Positions 28,333 to 38,404 of a stretch of DNA of 64,000 bases are shown here, piece after piece. The notes below the pieces were generated by a model that made no database searches, was not told where the DNA came from, and saw only the letters and a list, made by a program, of their open reading frames with translations. Location of the stretch: NCBI RefSeq assembly GCF_009914755.1, contig NC_060948.1; one strand, given 5' to 3'. Numbering within the stretch: position 1 is the first letter of the stretch; each line of letters begins with the position of its first letter. Made by a program: the position numbers and the translations under genes. The DNA is from the human T2T-CHM13v2.0 reference genome, Homo sapiens.

Positions 28333-29073
28333 TGTGTCCAGAATTTATTCCTTCTGGTGGGTTCTTGGTCTTGTTGACTTCAGGAATGAAGCTGCAGACC
28401 TTTGCGGTGAGTGTCAGAGTTCTTAAAGATGGTGTGTCCAGAGTTTGTTCCTTCAGATATTCAGATGTGTCTGGAGTTTCTTCCTTCTGGTAGTTTCGTG
28501 GTCTCCCGGACTTCAGTAATGAAGCTTCAGACCTTTGTGGTGAGTGTTACAGCTCTTAAAGGTGGTGTGGACCCAAACAATGAGCAGCAGTAAGATTTAT
28601 TGTGAAGAGCAAAAGAACAAAGCTTCCACAGTGTGGAGGGGGACCCAAGCAGGTTGCTGCTGCTGGCTTGGGTGGCCAGCTTTTATTCCCTTATTTGGAC
28701 CTGCCCATGTCCTACTGATTGGTCCATTTTAGAGACTGCTGACTGGCACATTTTACAGAGTGCTGATTGGTCCATTTTACAGAGTGCTGATTGGTCTATT
28801 TTACAGAGGGCTGATTGGTGCATTTACAATCCTTTAGCTAGGCACAGAGTGCCGATTGGTGTGTGTTTACAGAGTGCTGATTGGTGCATTTACAATCCTT
28901 TAGCTAGACACAGAGTGCTGATTGGTGTATTTTTACAGATTGCTGATTGGTGCATTTACAATCCTTTAGCTAGACACAGAGCACTGATTGGTGTGTTTAC
29001 AATCTTTTAGCTTGATGGAAAAGTTCTCTAAGTCCCCACTCCACCCAGGAATTCCAGTTGGCTTCACCTCTCA
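28333..29073 (-). mobile_element. LTR12 (ERV9/HERV9) solo LTR, short LTR12/LTR12F-like form, inserted antisense in L1PB
   Basis: Reverse complement starts TGAGAGGTGAAGCCAACTGG and ends GGAATAAATTCTGGACACA. Tandem CACCAATCAGCACTCTG units. 4-bp TSD AAAT/CAAT. Confidence 0.92.
28680..28995 (-). promoter_or_regulatory. LTR12 U3 enhancer/promoter: tandem CCAAT (NF-Y) boxes and an AATAAA-type TATA equivalent
   Basis: Nine intact GATTGG motifs (CCAATC on the minus strand) plus one degenerate GACTGG. TTTTATTCCC at 28681 reads GGGAATAAAA on the minus strand. Activity is not shown by the sequence. Confidence 0.6.
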
Positions 29074-29259
29074 CAATCACTATGGAAAACAGTGTGGAGA
29101 TTTCTTAAAGAAAAAAAGTAGATCGATTGTTTGATCCAGCAATCCCACTACTGGGTATCTACCCAGAGGTAAACAAGTTATTATAAAAAAAAGATACTTG
29201 CACACACATGTTTACAGCAACAATTCTAAAAATATGGAACCAGCCCTAATATGCATATA

Positions 29260-29265
<6 letters not shown>

Positions 29266-29296
<31 letters not shown>
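29266..29296. repeat. (TA)n microsatellite
   Basis: Direct reading: about 14-15 TA units after (GT)n. Confidence 0.9.
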
Positions 29297-29298
<2 letters not shown>

Positions 29299-29843
29299 CA
29301 TACAATGAAATATTACTCATGAAAAGGAAAAAAATAGTGGCATTCACAGCAACCTAAGTGGAACTGGAGACCATTATTCTAAATAAAGTAACTCAAGAAT
29401 GGAAAACCAAACATTGTCTGTTCCCACTCATAAGAGGGAACTTTCTATGAAGATGCAAAGGCATAAGAATGACACAGTTGACTTTGGGGACTCAAGGCAG
29501 AGGGTGGGATGTGGGTGAGGAATAAAAGACTACACATTGGGTACAGTGTACACTGCTGGGGTGATGTATGCAATAAAATTTCAGAAATCACCTCTAAAGA
29601 ACTTATCCGTGTAACTAAATTCCATCTTTTTCCTCAAAACCTATTGAAATTAAAAATTAAAATTAAAACAAAAGAAAGCAATTTCTGCAGTTTTACAAAA
29701 TTAAAACTAATTCTTTCTCTGTTGGACTTTGGTGCTCCATAAAATGTTTTCAGGGAATCATAGAAATTGACATCTATTTAGAACACCTACCTAATCCATT
29801 TTCTACTTTTTGGCAGTAGTATACCAGTTTAAAGAAATAATAA

Positions 29844-30096
29844 TTTTTTTTTTTTTTGAGACAGAGTCTTGCTCTGTTGCCCAGGTTGGAGTGGAGTGGT
29901 GCAATCTTGGCTCACTGCAAGCTCTGCCTCCCGGGTTCACGCCATTCTCCTGACTCAGCCTCCTGAGTAGCTGGGACTACAGGTGCCCACCACCACGCCC
30001 AGCTAATTTTTTTGTATTTTTAGTAGAGATGGGGTTTCACTGTGTTAGCCAGGAAGGTCTCAATCTTCTGACCTCGTGATCCACCCAGCTTGGTCT
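29844..30096 (-). mobile_element. AluY, 5'-truncated
   Basis: Poly-T, then GCAAGCTCTGCCTCCCGGGTTCACGCCATTCTCC and GTGTTAGCCAGGA...GACCTCGTGATCC. The first ~40 nt of the Alu are missing. Confidence 0.9.
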
Positions 30097-30464
30097 TTCT
30101 ATTTAGGGACAGATAATCACCCTATATTAATTATTGAAAAACAAATATTAAAATATGGCAGATCTTGTGTCATTACATCTTCAAATTTCTCTTGCATTCT
30201 CTGACAAAAATTTCATTTTTACAAAATAAATTATTGTGCATACTGATTTTTTTCCCACTAAACCACATATTTAAAATATTTAAATTAAAAGTAATTATGG
30301 AGAAATTTTCTTCAGAGTTTACAGTGAAAAAATACCTTATTTCCTATATTATAAATCTAAAATTGTATGGATCACCTTAAGCCCCTAAATAAAGATAAAC
30401 TTCTCAACTTCATAAAAATCTATTTCTAACCACTAACTGGGCACACAATATTGTTTGCCTTTGT

Positions 30465-30678
30465 TTTAATTTATTTTAATTTTAATTTCAGATTCAGAGA
30501 GTACATGGGCGAATTTGTTAACAAGATGTACAAGATTTGTTCCATGATGCTAAAGTAAGGGCTTCTATTGATTCAGTCATCCAAAGACATAGCATAGTAC
30601 ATAATAGGAAGTTCTTCAGCCCATGGCCCCCTTCCTTCCTACCTCCCTTTGAAGCCCTCAGTGTCTATTGTTCCCATC
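30465..30678 (-). mobile_element. Old L1PA16/17-like 3' UTR fragment
   Basis: T-rich tail, then TTCAGATTCAGAGAGTACATG...AGCATAGTACATAATAGG...GTGTCTATTGTTCCCATC. Confidence 0.65.
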
Positions 30679-33600
30679 TTTTTTTTCTTTTCCATTTTTA
30701 TTTTAGGTTCAAGAGGTATATGTGCAGATTTCTTTCACAGGTAAATTGAATGTCACGGGGATTTGGTGTACCGATAATGTCATCATTCAGGTAATACACA
30801 TAGTATCTGATAGGTTTTTGATTATCGCTTTCTTCCTAACCTCGAGCGTCAAGTAGGACCTTGCATCCAGTGTTCCCTTTTTTCGTGTCCATGTGTACTC
30901 AATGATTAAATCCCACTTATAAGTAAAAACATATGGTATTTGGTTTTCTGTTCCTGTATTAGTTTGCTTAGGATAATGGCCTACAATTTTATTGAACTTT
31001 CACATTCCTCATTAGCTGTTGACAATGTTGGGTAATATGATTCATCCAGCTTTGTTCATTTGGCTTTTTAGGATCTTTTTTGATTCCATATGATTTTTTG
31101 AATAGCTTTTTTTTATTCTGTGAAAAATTTTATTGGTAGTTTGATAGGTATAGCGTTGAATCTCTAAATTCTTTGGGAAGTATGGTTATTTAACAATATT
31201 AATTATTCCTATCCATGAGCATGAAATTGTGTCATCTCTGAATTCTTTCAGCAGTGTTTTCTGATTCTGATTAAAGAGAACTTTCACATTCCTCATTAGC
31301 TGTTGACAGTGTTGAATATTTGTCCCCATCCTAATCGCATGTTGAATTTTAATCGCCAGCGTTGGAGGTGGGGACTGGTGGAAGATGATTAGATAAGGGC
31401 AATGAAATCTCATGCGTTGGTGTTTTTCTCACAATATTGAGTGAGTTCTCATGAGATGTGGTTATTTAAAAGTATGTCAGTACTCCCCCCACCACTCCTG
31501 CTTTTGCCATGTGATATGCCTGGTCATGCTTCATCTTCTGGAATGAGTAAAATTTCCTGAGGGCTCCCCAGAAGCTGTGCAGATGTTGTCACCATGCTTC
31601 CTGTACAACCTTCAGAATCATAAGCTAATTAAACTTCTTCTCTTTGTAAATTACCCAGCCTCAGGTATTTCTTTATAGCAATAAAGAACAGCCTAATACA
31701 GAAAATTGGTACCAAGGGATGAGACGTTGTTACACATAAACCTTAAAAGGTGGAAGCAGCTTTGGAACTGGGCAATAGGTAGAGGTTGAGAGAGTTGGGT
31801 GGGCTCAGAAGAAGATAGGAATATTAAGGACAGTTTGGAACTCCTTAGAGACTGGTTAAATGATTGTATCCAAAATGCTTATAGTGAAATGAACAGTGAA
31901 GTCTAGATTGCTAAGGTCTCAGATAAAAAATGAGATACTTATGAGAAATTGAGGCAAAGGTTGTATGTTATGCCTTAGAAAACAACTTGGCTGCATTGTG
32001 TTTATACCCTGGGAATCTGTGAAAGTTTGAATTTGAGAGTGATGATTTAGGGTATCTGGTAGAAGACATTTCTAAGCAGCAAAACATTCAAGATATGGCC
32101 TGGCTACTGCTAACAGCTCATGCTGAGATGTAGGACCAAAAAAAAATGTTTTAAAGTCAGAACTTATATTGAAAAGGAAAGTAGAACATGAAAGTTTAGG
32201 AAATTTGTAGGTTTGTCTTGTGGAAGAGAAATAAAAAGCATTTTCAGGGGAATAATTCAAGCTGGCCGTGGAGCAACAACTTACTAGAGAGACTGGCATA
32301 AATAAAAAAGAATCAGGGGAAAGACAATGGGAAAAAGATCTTGAAAGTGTTTCAGAGATCTAGGAAGTAGCCCTTCCAAACACAGGCTCTGAGGCCTATG
32401 AGGACTGAGTTGTTTTGTGGGGCAAGCCCAGCTCTTCACTGCCCTCCACAGCCTCGGAACATTGCTCCTTGTATTGTGGTAACTTTGTCTCCAAACTCAC
32501 CTCAAAGGGCTCCAGATAGAGCTTGGGCTACTGCTTCAGATGGCAAAAGCCATAATCCATAACAGCTTCCATGTAGTTAAGCCTGCAAGTATGCAGAGTG
32601 CAAGAGTAAAGGAGGCTTGGTACCCACTGCCTAGATTTCAGGGGATGTATGAGAAAAGCTGAGTGCCCTGGCAGAAGCTTGCTACAGGGACAGAGCCCTC
32701 ACAGAGAAGCTCTACTAGGGTAGTTCCAAGGAGAAATGTGGGTTTGGAGCCCCACACAGAGCCCCCAGCAGGGCACACCCTAGTGGAGCTGTGAGAAGGA
32801 AGCCAGTGTCTTTCAGCTTCCATAATGGTGAATCTACTGGCAGTTTTCTCCCTGCATCTGGAAAATCTGCTTGTACTCAACAACCCGTGAGCCTCCATGG
32901 AGCTGAACCCTGCAAAGCCAGAGCTGCACAGCTGTCCAAGCCTTTGGGAGCCCACTTTTTGCACCATTGTGCTCTAGATATGTGTCATGTAGTAAAATGA
33001 GATTTTTTGGAGCTTTAAGATTTAAGGACTGCCCTGCTGGGTTTTGAACTGGCATGAGTCCTGTAATCCCCTTCTTTTGGATGTTTTCTCTATTTTGGAA
33101 CAATATTGTTTACCCAATGACTATACTTCCATTGTAATTTGGAACTAAACCACTTGTTTGTGATTTTACAGGCTTATAGGTGGAAGAAACTTGCCTAATC
33201 TCCATTAAGTTTTTAGACTTGGGCTTGAGACTTTTAAGATAATGCTGCAATGAGTTAAGACTTTGGGGGAATATTGAGGAGGTGTATTTATATTTTTCAA
33301 CGTGAGAAGGACATGAACTTCGAAAGGAGCAGGTGCATATTAATATAGTTTGAATATTCATCTCCACATAAATCTCATGTTGAATTGTAATTCCCAGTGT
33401 TGGAGCTATCAATGAGCCTAGTTGGAGGCTATTGGATCATGAGAGTGAATCACTCTTGGCTTGGTGCTTTCCTCACTATAATGAATGAGTTCTCATAAAA
33501 TCTGGCTGTTTGAAATTATGTGTCACCTCCCCACTCCTTTTGCTCCTGATTTTTTCATGCAACATGCCTGCTCCTGCTTTACCTTCTGCCATTAGTAAAA

Positions 33601-36600
33601 GCTCTCTGAGGCATTCTCAGAATATGAGCACATGCCAGCATCATGATTCCTGTATACCCTGCAGAACTGAGAGCCTATTAAACTTATTTTCTTTATAAAT
33701 TACCCAGCCTCAGGTATTTCTTTATAGCAATGCATGAACAGCCCAATACAGTTGTATTCTTGATATTTTATTTTTCTGATCATTGTGAATGTGATTGCAT
33801 TCTTGATTTGGCACTTAGCTTGGATGTTATTGATGTATAGAAATACTACTGATTTTTATACATTAATTTTGTATCCTGGAACTTGCTGAAGTACTTTATC
33901 AGATCTATCAGCTTTTGGGCAAAGTTTATGGGGTTTTCTAGGCATTAAATCATATCATCTGAAAACAGAGATAGATTGATTTTCTTTCTTCCTATTTGGA
34001 TGCCTTTTATTTCTTTCTCCTCTTGCCTGACTGTTCTGGCTAGGACTTCCAATACTATATTGAATAGGAGTGGCAAGAGTCAGCATCTTTGTCTCATTTC
34101 AGTTCTCAAGGGGAATGCTTCCAGATTTTGCCCATTCAGTATGATGTTACCTGTGGGTTTGTCACAGGTGGCTCTTGGTATTTTGAAGTATATTCCTTTG
34201 ATGCCTAGTTTATTAAGCGTTTTTAACATATAAGAATGCTTCATCTCAATACATGCAAAAGCCTTTTTTGCATGTATTGAGATAATCATATAGTTTTGGT
34301 TTTTAATATTTTTTATGCAATAAATCACATTTATTGATTTGGGTATTTTGAACAAATCTTGCATCCCAGGGATAAAGCCTACTTGATCGTGGTGGATTCG
34401 CCTTTTCATGTGCTGCTGCATTCAGTTTGCTAGTATTTTGGTGAAGATGTTTGCATCTATGTTCATCAAGGATATGGACCTTAAGTTCTTTTTGTTGTTT
34501 TTTTTTTTTTGTCTCTGCCAAGTTTTGGTTCTGAGTGATGATGGCCTCATAGAAGGAGTTAGGGAGGCATTCCTCTAACACACTTTTTAGAAGTGTTTCA
34601 GTAGGAATGGTACCAGCTTTTCTTTGTACGTCTTGTGTAATTTGTCTGTGAATCCTTCTTGTGCAGGCTTTTTCTGATTGGTAGGGTTCTTATTACTGAT
34701 TCTATTTTGGAACACATTGTTAGTTTTGTTCAGGTGTCAATTTCTTACTGGATCAATCTTGTGAGATTGTGTATTTCTAAGGATTTATTTACTCCTTGTA
34801 GGTTTTCTAATTTGTGGGCAGAGATGTGTTCATAATAATCTCTGAGAGTGTTTCTGTATTTCTGTGAGGTCAGTGGTTATGTCTCCTTTGTCATTCCCGA
34901 TTGTGTTTAATTATATCTTCTTTGTCTTTTTATTAGTCTAGCTAGTGGTCTATCAATCTTATTTGAAAAAAAACAAACCTCTGGTTTCATTGATCTTTTG
35001 CATGGTTTTTCTCCTCTCAATTTCCTTCATTTCAACTGTGATTTTGGTTATTTCTTGTCTTCTACCTTTAAGGTTGGTTTGGTCTTACTTCTCTAGTTCT
35101 CTAGGTGTAATATTAGGTTGTTGATTTGAGATCTTTCTGACTTTTTGATGTGGTTATTTAGGTCTATAAGCTCTCCTCTTTAAACAGCTTTAGCTGTGTC
35201 CCAGATATTTTGATATGTTGCATCTTTGTTTTCATTAGTTTCAAAAAATTTCTTGATTTCTGCCTTAATTTCATTATTTACCCAGACGTCATGCAGGAGC
35301 AGATTGTTTAATTTCTATGTAATTGTATGGTTTGGAATGATCTCAGTATTGATTTCTATTTTTATTGTGTCGTGGTTTAAGAGTGTGATTGTTATAATTT
35401 TTTTTTTTTAATTGGCTGAGAATTGTTTTAGGGCAGACTTCATGGTCAATTTCAGAGTATGGGCTATGAGCAAATGAAAAGAATGTATACTCTGTTGGTT
35501 TCATGTGGAGAGATTTGTAGATATCTGTTAGGTTGTTTTGGCCAAGTGTCGAGTTCAGCTCCCAAATGTCTTTGTGGGATTAGAATTCTTTAGGTATCTC
35601 TTAGCTTCTTTTGGTCAAGTGTTAAGTACAGCTCCCAAATTTTTTTTGTTAGTTTTCTCCCTCAATTATCTGTCTAATACTGCCAGTACAGTGTTGAAGT
35701 TTTTCATTATTATTATGTGGTTATCCAAGTCTCTTTGTAGGCCTCTAAGAACTTGTTTTATGAATCTGGGTGCTCCTGTGTTGGGTGCAAATATATATTT
35801 GGGGATAGGTGAGTCTTGCTGAATTGAAAACTTTACCATTATGTAACGCCCTTCTGTGCCTTTTCTGATCATTGTTAAAGTCTATTTTGTCTGAAATTAG
35901 ATTACCAACCTCTGCTTTTTTTGTTGTTTTCCATTTGCTTGGTAGATTTTTCTCCATCCCTTTAATTTGAGCTCATGGGTGTCTTTGCATGTGAGACGGA
36001 TCTCTTGAAGATACCATACAATTGGGTCTTGCTTCTTTTTCAAACTTTCCCCTCTGTGTTTTCAATTGGGGGATTTAGCCAGTTTATATTTAAGGTTAAC
36101 ATTGATATGTGAGGATTTGTTCCTATCATCGTGCTGTTAGCTGATTATTATGCAGACTTGATTGTGTAGTTGCCTTATAGTGTCGATGGTCTGTGTACTT
36201 AAGTGTATTTTTGTGGTGGCTAATAATGGTCTCTCATTTCCATATTTAGCACTCCCATAGTGACTTCCTGTAAGGAGGTCTGATGGTAACACATTTCCTT
36301 AGCATTTGCTTGTCTGAAAAGGATCTTTTTTCTCCTTTGCATACGAAGCTTAGTTTGGCTGCATATAAAATTCTTGGTTGGAACTTATTTTCTTAAGAAT
36401 GCTGAATATAGGTCCTCAATCTCTACTGGCTTGTAGGGTTTCTGCTGAGAGATTCACTGTTAGCCTGATGGGGCACCCTTTGTTGATGATCTGCCTCTTC
36501 TCTCTAGCTGCCTTCAATATATTTTCTTTCATGTCGACCTTGGAGAATCTGATGTCTATATGTCTTGAGTATGGTCAGCTTGTACAGTATCCTGTATGGG

Positions 36601-37392
36601 TTCTCTGCATTTTTAAAATTTGAATGTTGGCTTCTCTAATGAGGATGGAAAAATTTTGGTGGATGATATCATGAAACATGTTTTTTTGTTGTTGCTCACT
36701 TTTTCTCTCTTTTAGGTATACCAATGAGTTATATATTTGGTCTCTTTATGTAATCCTATGCTTTTGGCTTTTTGAAGGTTTTGTTCATTTTTTTACATTA
36801 TTTTTTTCTTTACTTTTGTCTGGGTAAATTCAGAGAACTAGTCTTCAAGCTCTGAGATTATATCCACAGCTTGGTCTATTCTGCTATCAATATTTGTGAT
36901 TGTATTATGAAATGTTTGTGGTGAGTTTTTCAGCCTTATCAGATCATTTTGGTTCTTTCTCTTTCAGCTCCTGTACTGTTTTGTTGTATTCCTTAGATTC
37001 CTTGAATTGGGTTTCAACTTTCTACTAAATCCCAATGATCTTCATTCTGACCCATATTATGAATTCTATGTTTGTCATTTTAGCCATTTCAGCCTGGTTG
37101 AGAACCATTGCTAGGGGAACTACTGCTATCATTTGCAGGTAAATTTAGATTTTTGAGTTGCTGGAGTTCTTGCACTGGTTCTTATGTGTGTGGGTGTATG
37201 ATCCTTTAATCTTTGAAGTTGCTGGCTTTTGCATGGGGTTTTTTGCTTTTATCTTCTTTGGTGCCCTTGGGGATTTGATTGTGGTATAAAGTATATTCAG
37301 TTGACTAGCTTTTATCCTAGAAGATTTTAGGGGTTTAAGTCTCAGCTCAGCACTCCTGGGCTATATGCTCTAACTTTGGTAGGTTGGTACTG
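30679..37392 (-). mobile_element. L1PA15/16-like LINE (3' UTR, ORF2 with internal deletion, ORF1), interrupted by MSTB
   Basis: 3' UTR at 30679-30985. Minus-strand ORF2 fragments include [25 protein letters not shown] and IFAPNTGAPRFIKQVLRGLQRDLD. ORF1-like sequence at ~36.2-37.3 kb. Confidence 0.85.
31304..33750 (+). mobile_element. MSTB MaLR element, complete (LTR 31304-31700, internal 31701-33340, LTR 33341-33750)
   Basis: Both LTRs end ...TTACCCAGCCTCAGGTATTTCTTTATAGCAA...GAACAGCC(T/C)AATACA. Internal region starts GAAAATTGGTACC. TSD GCTGT/GTTGT. Confidence 0.9.
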
Positions 37393-37904
37393 GAAAGGTA
37401 TTTAAAGGTACTGTTGGCATTTTTTACTTGGGAGAATACATATATATTGGTGTCATTCAATGTAATAGGACACATAGAAGAATAAAGTAATATATAATGG
37501 GAGGTGACATCTCATTTAAATTTATTGGTGGTGCTTGTAGAATAAATGAGTAAAAACAAATGATGCAAAGAATGCATACAAAATATGTAGGCAATAATGC
37601 CTAGAGTTTTTAGCTGCCTAAGAATATTTCATGCCTTCACCTTATATTTATAGGAAAAACAAAAAGCAGATTTTCTTTGTACACCATATTTATAATTTTA
37701 TCAATATTTCTTGAACTGAATTTCAATGTTGGTTAGAAATTTATGTAAACTATTCTGTATATATCATACAGAGAAAGACTCTTTAGGCTATTGGCTCTTG
37801 ATATGTTAGTATTATCTTAATTCAAATTTGTTTAAAATTTCTACAATAGGAAATATGAACATTTCAGACAAATACTCAAAGAAAAATATTAGAAATTGGA
37901 AGTA

Positions 37905-38404
37905 AGAAATTTCAGCCTAATGTGCTAATAAATACAGGACTTGGCAGTAGTCGCTCTGTCTGACAAGTAAAATGCTGAAAAAACTAAAAATCAGAGACTC
38001 TTCATAGATCCATCAAATAACAGAAGTCAAAAAAAAAACACACACTATTTTTCAAATTGGAAACACATTCTAGTGAATATGATGAATCACAACTTATTCG
38101 AATAAAATTAAAAGCAAACACTTCGTGGATATTAGTAATGGGGTAGAAAACCCTACTCCCAAATTATACTGTAATTGACAAATTGATGGAAGCTAAGCGT
38201 GGACAAGACTGGGAGCTAAAAGGAAAAACACCTTCAAGGAGGCCTGGTCTTAGGAGGCCCTCAAACTTTTATGCATTTTACCTCTTGGATACATCCCACA
38301 TTTCCACAGTAAAGATAATGGGTGTACTTCTGGCAGGGTGAGGAAAAAATTAGATATTTTTAAATACACCTAGAGCATTCTCTTCCTTTTAAGAAGGCCT
38401 GCTT
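37905..38404 (+). mobile_element. Probable L1MC 5'-UTR fragment
   Basis: CTGTCTGACAAGTAAAATGCTGAAAAAACTAAAAATCAGAGACTCTTCATAGATCC resembles the remembered L1MC 5' end and resembles 18920-18973 in this window. Confidence 0.5.

Larger units (their letters stand above)
23493..29670 (+). mobile_element. L1PB (L1PB1/2-like) LINE, nearly full length, with disrupted ORF1 and ORF2
   Basis: ORF1 ATG at 23760 (MRRNQK...). ORF2 start at 24897 (MMNRIVPHI*). ORF-track fragments such as [27 protein letters not shown] match L1 ORF2. L1PB 3' UTR. Possible TSD AAATAAAGCAACT/AAAGAAAGCAATT. Confidence 0.9.

Noticed and set aside
28633-29010. 125-aa repetitive ORF (ILQSADW repeats) and CRISPR-like repeat spacing
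   Set aside because: It is the antisense translation of LTR12 tandem CCAAT units. The repeats lack unique spacers, there are no cas genes, and the DNA is eukaryotic.
23760-29400. Potentially active L1 ORF1/ORF2
   Set aside because: Many stops and frameshifts (a stop at ORF2 codon 10) plus MADE1 and LTR12 insertions; the element is dead.
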